Shown piece after piece: positions 53,922 to 64,000 of a stretch of 64,000 nucleotides of DNA. The stretch covers positions 14,756,001-14,820,000 of the forward strand of contig OX597814.1 of assembly GCA_951406725.2 (NCBI GenBank), in the 5' to 3' direction. The notes under the pieces were generated by a model. It had not been told where the DNA came from. It did not search any database and worked only from the letters and a program-made list of their open reading frames with translations. The stretch comes from Octopus vulgaris (lineage: Eukaryota). Position 1 is the stretch's first letter. Each line of letters begins with the position of its first letter. The translations under genes were made by a program, and so were the position numbers.

Positions 53922-54452
53922 TTACGACTCATATTCGTCCTCATTTCCCTTGGATATTACATCGGTTCTCCGTGCACACACACAGGCTGTGGCTACATGG
54001 ATGACACTTGGTTTATAAACGTACAGTCCACCAACACATTGAGCTGTACGTTTCAGGACAGTCATTGTAGTATAAACCATCACACATTGGTGGTTACTGT
54101 CAGAGTCCAGACACTCTGTACAGCGACACACGACTTCTCTGCGTGATGGAGGAAAATATGTGGAATTGTGCGTAATTTTCAGGTACCATGGGCAGGTTGA
54201 ACGCTCGCGAATGATATCTGTAGATACGGAAGATGTTGGGCAAGTTTTATCCCCTTCGGTCAGTTCCTGTTGGTCACTTCCTGCTGGAGCCATTTCAGCT
54301 GGGAGGAAAAAGTTATTGCCGATCGCTGCGCTGGAAAGTTCCTCGTATTGGACTTTCAAATCGTTTGGTATTTTACATTGAGTCGGAATTGACGCCGAGG
54401 ATATGAACAATACGACGTTGGTGAGGAGGAAGATTACAACCTGGAGGAGAAC
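53922..54452 (-). CDS. IL17: Interleukin-17-like cytokine copy 3, exon 2
   Basis: Same motifs, with acceptor ttttattttacgcag|GTT. I count 11 amino-acid differences from copy 1. Confidence 0.93.
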   Translation of the reverse strand, partial: VLLQVVIFLLTNVVLFISSASIPTQCKIPNDLKVQYEELSSAAIGNNFFLPAEMAPAGSDQQELTEGDKTCPTSSVSTDIIRERSTCPWYLKITHNSTYFPPSRREVVCRCTECLDSDSNHQCVMVYTTMTVLKRTAQCVGGLYVYKPSVIHVATACVCARRTDVISKGNEDEYES

Positions 54453-55426
54453 CTGCGTAAAATAAAATGTTTATGTTAAGATGAGTAATTACGGTTCAAT
54501 ATAGCCCACAGCTAAATGAATAAAACAAATCAAGAATAATATACTACATCTATAGCACACATAAATTCACTCTCTCTCTCTAATACACAAACATGCCCAA
54601 ACTCACAGACTTATACACAAAGGAACCCACTTATACACACACACACATGTATGTATTCACTTGTGTTCATGAAAGATTAGAGGGCACTCGTAATGCGTGG
54701 ATCGAATGTAAACTGTGCTGGTGTATTTTATAAGAGAAAACAAATGAAAACAAATGAACGAAATATTCTCGACAAGACGTGAATCAGCTGTTTATATCTG
54801 TATCTAAAGTAGGAAAGTTACAAATGTGAAGTATAATATGAACAGTTGGAAATGGCCTAGCCTGATACTTATATGAATTCCTCAGTAAACAACTAAATTT
54901 GACAAACTGTTTATGTCTAAATGCAAGAGATGTAAATTGAAATGCAGAAAATAGTAATTGAACAATTGTGGAGATTATTTACAAGAAACAACTATGTTAA
55001 CGCGTTATTTTCTGTTATTTAAACGTCGATGTAAAGGTATTGGATATCAATCACAGCAACATTTCAATTTGTGAGATATCTGGGGTCTTGAGAATATCAA
55101 CACAGTTGACCAAAAATTCTCAAAAAATTTGTCGTTGTTACTCGTGTAACGACGTCAACCTAGCCTACAGTATCAATAATGCCGCTATCGTCTTTGATTG
55201 TTTCGGTGACAATGTAAACAGAAATGTTTGTCATTTTATAAATAAAATAAATCAAACAATGAGCGAATGTCACATTATATTTATCATTCAGCTTTCTGAA
55301 TCTAAGTGACTTAAAACTCTTATTCGACCGTTTTAATTGCTGGTATCGTTTCTGTTCTGTGTAAGTCGGACCTTTTTGTATGTAAACATATATACATTAT
55401 TTGCATTAAATATATCAACTATTTTT

Positions 55427-56135
55427 GTGTACTATTTAAGAAGAGTGGTTCCGGTGCGCGCACTCGCGTACTCGCGCATCCGCGCTAGCTAGTCGTGACT
55501 AGTCGATCATACAACGACTACCTAGCAAAGTAAATAAAACACGAAATAAATATTTTTTTTACAGAAAGTAAATAATCTTTTTAAACAAAGTAAATAAAAC
55601 GTAGGAGTAAATAAACAAAGTAAATAAAGCGCAGGAGTGGCTGTGTGGTAAGTAGCTTGCTTACCAGCCACATGGTTCCGGGTTCAGTCCCACTGCGTGG
55701 CATCTTGGGCAAGTGTCTTCTGCTATAGCCCCGGGCCGACCAATGCCTTGTGAGTGGATTTGGTAGACGGAAACTGAAAGAAGCCTGTCGTATATATATA
55801 TATATATATATATATAGATATATATGTATGTGTGTGTGCGTTTGTGTGTCTGTGTTTGTCCCCCTAGCATTGCTTGACAACCGATGCTGGTGTGTTTACG
55901 TCCCTGTCACTTAGCGGTTCGGCAAAAGACCGATAGAATAAGTACTGGGCTTACAAAGAATAAGTCCCGGGGTCGATTTGCTCGACTGAAGGCGGTGCTT
56001 CAGCATGGCCGCAGTCAAATGACTGAAACAAGTAAAAGAGTAAAAGAGTAAAACACAAAAACACAACGACTAGCTAGCGTGGATGCGCGAGTACGCGATT
56101 GCGCGCATCGGGACCACTCTTCTTAAATAGTACCC
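55427..56135. mobile_element. MITE with about 70-bp GC-rich TIRs and a nested SINE, in the IL-17 copy 3 intron
   Basis: GTACTATTTAAGAAGAGTGGTTCCGGTGCGCGC and its reverse complement at about 56065-56135. Absent in unit 2. Confidence 0.8.
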
Positions 56136-56793
56136 TACTTTTGTATATGAACATGCCTAATTTGCTTATCCTTACGTTTACAATTCTCCCTGACCAAGTT
56201 TGAACCTCTTGAACACCCCGAAGTGTGATCTGTGCAGAGAATATCTGATTCTCATCATCTATAAACTATAGATATACATTTTTCAGTGGTTAGAGCAACA
56301 TGAGGTCGTAAGCTCGATTTTCGGGCCAGGCTGTGTGTTGTGTTCTTGAGCAAAACACAATGTTTGATGTTGGTCCAATCCCCTCAGCTGTAGAAATGAA
56401 GTACGATGTCACTGGTGCCAAGCGGTGTGGGCATTTACCTTTCCCCTTTAAACCATCGATTGCATGGTGAGGGGAAGCTGTTATGCAGTGAGAGGATTCA
56501 TACATCGCTGAAGAACCTTCTCGGAAAAATCCCATGGATATTCAGGACGAAAGGGGTTCTTTACTTTAACCAATATATAACTAAATAGATAGAAAAATGA
56601 ATACGCACATTATGCGTTTCATATCCTTATGTTTTAAGGTTCTTTAAAACATTCGCACAAATTCTACTTTAACGCCTGCTAAATTTGCGCTCTCACATAC
56701 TCAACTGCAATTTTAGATAAATTAGAATTGGGAACAATGAATTGCATGTTATTAATAAATGTGTAAAAGTATACGAAGTCACTTATAAATATA

Positions 56794-57089
56794 CTAGCAG
56801 TATCGCCCGGCGTTGCTCGGGTTTGTAAGGAAAATATCTATATAAGCATTTTTAGAGAGTTATAGCCAAAATATAGCCAAAAATGCATTAAAAATGGGAA
56901 AAAAACGATGGTAAATTCTTTAAAAAATCGTTGACTCATCGTAGACACGCGCTAATACCCAGAAGAGCTCGATATGAATCACGACTATAAGATACCCGGT
57001 TTCGGTTAAACTGCACCGCAAAATGTGGAAGTAGTTAGGAATCTAAATCGTAGGAGACAGACACACAACTTCACTTTTACATATAAAGA
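56794..57089 (-). mobile_element. Non-autonomous Helitron in the IL-17 copy 3 intron
   Basis: Same family as 7469-7866. The empty site is in unit 2 at about 34670. Confidence 0.85.
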
Positions 57090-57306
57090 TATATGTGTGT
57101 ATGAAAGCAAAGAATTAAATCAATATACTAAAGCCTAAAAAATACGCCTCAGATGCATAATAGCAATCTGAGTAACGTACTTCTGCAAGAGAATCCACTC
57201 GTTTGAACAAAGGTAAATTTTACCATGAATGAAACAAAAGTAAAGATAGAAATGAGACTGAAGATATAAATATAGCAGTTAATATTAACAATGTATATTT
57301 ACTTAC

Positions 57307-57321
57307 GTTGGTGGTATTCAT
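57307..57321 (-). CDS. IL17: IL-17 copy 3, coding part of exon 1 (MNTTN)
   Basis: ATGAATACCACCAAC|gtaagt. Confidence 0.85.
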
Positions 57322-57454
57322 TATAATGGTTGATCACTTGGAATGGAAAGAATGACAATAGTATTATATGTGTAGATATTATCAAATAAAGCTTGAGCGT
57401 GTTATCGCTTTAAAATGATATTCGTTTGTGATGATACCGGCTACTCTGAGATGA

Positions 57455-57489
57455 CTTATATAGAATATGTGACGCGGTGGATTTACCCC
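57455..57489 (-). promoter_or_regulatory. IL-17 copy 3 core promoter: TATA box plus kappaB-like site
   Basis: TATATAAG at 57455-57462, GGATTTACCCC at 57479-57489, and a TGACG half-CRE. Confidence 0.6.
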
Positions 57490-57768
57490 ATGTCATAAAG
57501 TTGAAAAAAAAAATAAATAAGAAAATAAGCAGCAGGAACTAACAAAATTATGGAAAAATGTTTACCTCCGGTAACGTGTACTACTTAATATTCAACGAGA
57601 CGAAGAAGTAATTGTGACCTATATAATGCGAGGAAAGCCTGAAGTAACCAGGACATGACTGAGAATTTGTTTCCTCCTTTACCTGTAATACACGTGGGGC
57701 TAGTAAAATTTGGCTTTACTTGGTTTTTCGTTCTATTTTTGATATGCTTTATTCTTTCTATGCCTACT

Positions 57769-58170
<402 letters not shown>

Positions 58171-58452
58171 GTATTAACCAGCAGCAATATTGCTAGAGAT
58201 AAGAGTTAAAACAACAAAATAGCCACGGAAAGCACTATCTTAATAACTGGTAAGGGAGACTACCTCTGTAGAGCAGCGTGCATAGTCACATCACCGATGA
58301 TTTCGCATTATAAGGTTTGCGCATCTTAATGCTCATAAAAGACTCTCTATGCCCCTTGGGTTAAGCTCAGCGTGCCTTACCAGTTTATAAACTTGTTTTC
58401 TCTCGTGAGCATTATAGTATAAAGCCCCCTATAAGATCATTATATATATATA

Positions 58453-58845
58453 CAAGCAGTATCGCCCGGCGTTGCTCGGGTTTGTAAGGGAAATAACTAT
58501 AAAGCATTTTTAGAAAGTTATAGCCAAAAGATAGCAAAAAAAAAAATGCATTAAAAATGGAAAAAATATGATGGTAAATTTTTTTTTAAATCGTTGACTC
58601 ATCGTCGACATTTTTAGAGAGTTACTTCCCTTATATAAAAAAAATGCATTAAAATGGAAAAAAATGATGGTAAATTATTTTTAAAATCGTAGACTCATCG
58701 TAGACGCGCGCTAATACCCAGAAGGGCTTGATATGAATCACGACTATAAGATACCCGGTTTTGGTTAAACTGCACCGCAAAATGTGGGAGTAGTTAGGAA
58801 TCTAAATCGGAGTAGACAGACACACAACCTTACTTTTATATATAA

Positions 58846-58848
<3 letters not shown>
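58453..58848 (-). mobile_element. Non-autonomous Helitron
   Basis: Same family as 7469-7866. Confidence 0.85.
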
Positions 58849-58909
<61 letters not shown>

Positions 58910-60278
58910 AAATGCATGCTTGCACTCGCGCGCGCACGTGTGTATACACTCAAAAGAACTTGGTTGTTTCGTAACTGTAGTAGAAGTTTCCTAGCAACAT
59001 GATGAGTCAGAACCTGGAACCATGTAGCTGGAAAGCAAGCTTCATGCCACAATATCATGACTGCATATGCCTACATACATGCATACATGCTTACATACAT
59101 ACACACATACATGGACGTATGTATGTATGTATGTATGTATGTATGTATGTATGTATGTATGTATGTATGTATGTATTTATGTACGTATGTATTTATGTAT
59201 GCATGTATGTATGTATGTATGTATGTGTCAGGTCACTTTCGAGTGCTACTGGTAACATGTAACCCAGTACAACCTGTTGCATGGTCGAGTCGTCAGCGAC
59301 TAACCTGGCAACCCCACTAAGCTTGCTTGGTGAGGAGGGTGTTTATTGGACACCCTGCGAGATGAAAAACAAAACCTGTCAAAGGGCGGAGGAACTCTTG
59401 AGAGTCAACGGCCATCCAATAAATGTATTAAGGCTGTATCAGGCGCGGGGACATAGAAATAATCGTGCGGTTAAACCATTGGGACTGAAGGACTCCTAGA
59501 CTTTGCTAGGGCATCCTTCTAGGAGAAGGTAACTTAGGTAACTGGGATAACTCCGACATAAAACCTGCGGCTCAGTGGTTACCGATGATGTTGACTCGTT
59601 CTTCTTTTCGGATTATGGCTGCTGTTGCTTAGTAAGTGGGATTGACTCAGTGCACAGCCTTTCCTCATTTAAAAAAAAATCTTCTTGCACAGGCATTGCA
59701 CGATAACAACATTGATTAAGCTTTGTGCAATGGCCATACTCGATAACGAGGGGGCAGCCACCATGTATTGTGAATGTGTGCTTGTATAAGTCTGCTACCC
59801 TGACGAAAGTGTTAGAACATGGCACGAAATGCCTGTTTCACCAGAAATCGCAGCAGAAAGACGATTGCGAAATGGAAGGTAAATAAAAATGAATTCCTCT
59901 AAAGGTGGTGCCCCAGCATGGCCGCAGCCACTCGCTGAGACTAGTAAGATGTAATCTCATAAATATGCTAATTCACGCGCACCCGCGCTCGCACATACAC
60001 TGAGACAACCCCTCACACATATTCACACACACTCACATACATACACGCACACAATCACTTGATCACTCAGTCACTGTCTCACACACGCGCACACACACAC
60101 ACACACATACACACACACACACATATGTATATATAAATATATGTTAACATAATGCATCTTTGCATCTGTATATAAGCATGTTTGTATGCACACGCACATT
60201 TATGTATATATAGATATGCAGATATATACATGTATATATACATGTATATATACATGTGTATGTATATATATATGTATA

Positions 60279-60335
<57 letters not shown>

Positions 60336-60415
60336 GTATGTGTAGAGATAGATAGATAGATAGAAAGATAGATAGATAGATATTTTTATCTATATAAACT
60401 ACGTAATATAACTAT

Positions 60416-60461
<46 letters not shown>

Positions 60462-61221
60462 TTTCCTACTTACCTACCCTACCTACCTATCTACACACAC
60501 ACACACACACTATAAAACTACGTAATGTATTAAAATAGAACGAGAAAATACCTAAATGAAGGTGATAGATTCTACTTCCTGTTTAGTCAAACAACTAGTA
60601 TCACATCCCTACCGCACCTTCACATGTGATAAACGGGTAAATAAACAAACAATGAGAGAAAACTTAAGCTATGTCGTTGTCACATGAACATTTCCTCCCC
60701 TTGTCTATAATACTTCAGTATTTTTTCGTAACGGGATAAATTCACAACGAATTCATTTTCTCTATCGCAAGAATCTTTTTTCCTAATTTTAAATTTCCAT
60801 TAGTTTAGTTTTATGTCATATGATGATTCCGCTGTGTGAAAGTTTCCTTGCTTGTATCATTACTGACCAAAAAGAGAATCTATTTACAGATGAACACAAC
60901 ATCCTCCTACGTGTTGTGCACTTGGTATGATAGGAATGGTGTCATCTATAATGATGTGGTTAACCATAACGAAACGGTTCCTGCGATTAAGCTTTGTGCA
61001 ATGGCCATACTCGATAACGAGGGGGCATAAAGAGGCGTAGGAGTGGATGTGTGGTAAAGTAGCTTGCTAAGGAACCGCATGGTTCCGGTGTCAGTCCCAC
61101 TGCGTAGCACATTGGGCAAGTGTCTTCTACTATAGCCTCGGGCCAACCAAATCCACGGGAGTGGATTTTGTAGACGGAAACTGAAAGAAGTCCGCCGTAC
61201 ATATGTATATATATATGTATA

Positions 61222-61268
<47 letters not shown>

Positions 61269-61663
61269 GTGTGTGTATATGTTTGTGTGTCTGTGTTTGT
61301 CTATCCCAACATCGCTTGACAACCGATGCTGGTGTGTTTACGTCCCTGTAACTTAGCGGTTCGGCAAAAAAGACCGATAGAATAAGTACTAGGCTTACAA
61401 AGAATAAGTCTTGTTGTCGATTTGCTCGACTAAATGCGGTGCTTCAGCATGGCCACTGTCAAATGTCTGAAACAAGTAAAAAAAGTAAAGAGAGTATAGG
61501 CGCAGGAGTGGCTGTGTGGTAAGTAGCTTGCTAACCAACCACATGGTTCCGGGTTCAGTCCCACTGCGTGGCATCTTGGGCAAGTGTCTTCTGCTATAGC
61601 CCCGGGCTGACCAATGCCTTGTGAGTGGATTTGGTAGACGGAAACTGAAAGAAGCCTGTCGTA

Positions 61664-61717
<54 letters not shown>

Positions 61718-62889
61718 TGTGTTTGTCCCCCTAGCATTGCTTGACAACCGATGCTGGTGTGTTTACGTCCCCGTCACTTAGCGGTTCGGAAAAAGAGACC
61801 GATATAATAAGTACTGGGCTTACAAAAGAATAAGTCCCGGGGTCAATTTGCTCGAATAAAGGTGGTGCTCCAGCATGGCCGCAGTCAAATGACTGAAACA
61901 AGTAAAAGAGTAAAAGAGAGGGAGAGAGAGTTATTGCCCTTACACAGTATTGAAAGACCATATATTTCTCAAATAACTCGTGTGATTATTGTTGCACTCA
62001 ACATAGAAGATTTGTCTCATCCACTTAAAGGATCTACTACACTCCCATCTTGACATGCGACAGGAAATTCTTTCCAGTCAAATATGTATATATATATATC
62101 GAAGTAACCGCTATCATATGTGGAGGCGATTCCCAGACCGAGCGTTGTGTGTGTTTATTGAGCGAAAACACCTAAAGCTCCACAAGTCTCCGGCAGGGGG
62201 TGGTGGCGACCCTTGTTGTACTCTTTCGCCCCAACTTTCTCTCACTCTTTCTTCCTGTTTCCTGAGTAACGCTGCGATAGACTAGCGTCCCGTCCAGCTA
62301 CGGGGAACACATGAGCCTGGCTAGGCTTGAAAAGGGCGCATAAAAAATCACTCTCATAGCAATCAAATATTAATATTAAAAAACAACACAAGCTTTACTT
62401 GTGTCGTTTTTTAATATTAACGAGAAAAAGATCTTGCTGCAGTCCTTATGCTGGTAAAGACTAACGAAGTAATTTGGCAAATTTCATTGATATAACTTAG
62501 TTTTTCTTTAGATACTTTTCCATTCCTATTTGCTTATAATTGTACAGAATGTCCGTATTTAATTTGACGAGCTTTGTGTCTCCTTTTTTCAGGATTATTC
62601 AATCCATTGGTGAGCAGTCGACGGTATTGGACAGTGTAAGGCGGCGAGCTAGCAGAATCGTTAGCACGTCGGGCGAAATGCTTAGCGGTATTTTGGCTGC
62701 CGTTACGTTGTGAGTTCAAGTTCCGTCGAGGTCGACTTTGCCTTTCATCCTTTCGGGGTCGATAAATTAAGTACCAGTTACGCACTGGGGTCGATGTAAT
62801 CGACTTAATACCTATGTCTGTCCTTGTTTGTCCCCTCTGTGTTTAGCCCCTTGTGGGTAATAAAGAAACAGGTATTGGACAGTGTAAAT

Positions 62890-63455
62890 ATGACATGTAT
62901 TTGAGAAAAATTTCGCTTACATGGAGGAACGTAATCTATGTCAGTATCGGGAAAGTGTTAATTGTATCATGATGATTCGGACCAAGCATCAAAATGCTGG
63001 CATCATGACTGCCTCTCAGTTCTCTGTGAAGGCTGTGAGACAAACTCGGATATCATTAAAATCAATTTCCCAAAACTTGTGATGGTATTTCAGTGTATCT
63101 CCAGTGAGGGTGACGGCATTGAAGATAAATTTAGACGGCTATGTAAAGCCGATGGAGACTGTAGACAAACTTTGAGAGCGTTGCTGCTGGAAGGCCATAT
63201 GTGTGTTTGTTTATCCAGAATTCTACTGAGTCTAGTCCATATATATATGGGGAATATTTGTGTAGAGACTAGCTACGGCAAAGCAAACTAGTGCTATCTC
63301 TTTATCTACCTGTTCTGGGATATGGTTTAAGAAGTCCATGTCACCTCTAATGAAACTGGGAACTAATCTGCATAATGGTTTTAAAATAATATCCAGCAAA
63401 CTGCTTAATCTTTGGATGCCGAACGCTGGTCCTGCAGCGATCGGACGCAATTTGA
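62890..63455 (-). mobile_element. Penelope-like reverse transcriptase fragment
   Basis: RPIAAG...LDIILKPL...LVCFAVASLYTNIP (compare the PLE motif LVSFDVxSLYTNIP). A hammerhead-bearing repeat lies upstream in the opposite orientation. Confidence 0.75.
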
Positions 63456-63725
63456 ATAAGTAATAGTATTAATAAGGATAAGGAGAGCAAAGAATCTTCT
63501 CATCGAGAATTTTATTTAAAAGATAAAATTATATACAGCATCCTTTTCTGTGAATAACTGTTAAAATTATAGATGTGAAAAATCTCCGTTCTACTTAACA
63601 ATATTAATACTATATAAATACATACGTACATACTATATAAATACATACGATTTTCATTTGTTGGGTTTCTTATTTGATATCTATTTTTTTCTCTCCTTGT
63701 TTCTCTCCTTGTTTTTTTCTGTGTA

Positions 63726-63763
63726 TCTTTCTGTAGAAGAGCGTAGGCTCGAAACGTAAAAGA
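63726..63763 (+). ncRNA. Minimal hammerhead-like motif with atypical core CUGUAGA
   Basis: UCUUU CUGUAGA A GAGC-GUAG-GCUC GAAA CG UA AAAGA. Confidence 0.52.
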
Positions 63764-64000
63764 CTTTTTCTATTCCTGAGCGTTATACTAATACATATGT
63801 TTGTTTGTACACCACCTGCCTTCGTCTTTTGTTTATTTTCGTAAAGTTTCCCTTTATATCTATCTATCTATCTATCTATATATATATATATATATATAGC
63901 AATAACGTCTCCCGTCCATATGGACGGTGCTGATATATAAATATGTAACCCAAATTTTATCAAATATATACTTGTCCGACCGTCTCATGGCTCAGTGGTT

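Noticed and set aside
59230-59320. Possible HDV-like ribozyme at the start of a LINE-like 5' region
   Set aside because: P2- and P4-like stems are visible, but P1, P1.1 and L3 could not be built convincingly by eye.

Overview
Eukaryotic, AT- and microsatellite-rich DNA, most likely from an octopus (inferred from the SINE families, the microsatellite load and a tandem IL-17 array). The window is a head-to-tail triplication of a 22-25 kb unit. Each unit carries one two-exon, minus-strand interleukin-17-like gene. Each gene has a 15-nt coding micro-exon (MNTTN) that the ORF track misses, a TATA box with an adjacent kappaB-like motif, and an inferred 2-2.4 kb 3' UTR. The rest is layered mobile DNA: tRNA-derived SINEs, Tx1/L1, RTE, CR1 and R4-like LINE pieces, Penelope-like pieces, Tc1/mariner elements and MITEs, non-autonomous Helitrons, and an LTR element with its paralogous solo LTR. 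The most notable observations are: (1) several hammerhead-ribozyme-like motifs whose 3-8 core pair covaries (C3-G8, U3-A8, G3-C8); (2) a Roquin/Regnase-type UGU triloop hairpin and a miR-1/miR-33/miR-184 seed cluster in all three IL-17 3' UTRs; (3) mosaic similarity among the paralogs; (4) loss of the acidic C-terminal tail in copy 2; (5) a minisatellite newly expanded in one unit. Everything was read by eye, and repeat boundaries are approximate unless termini are quoted.
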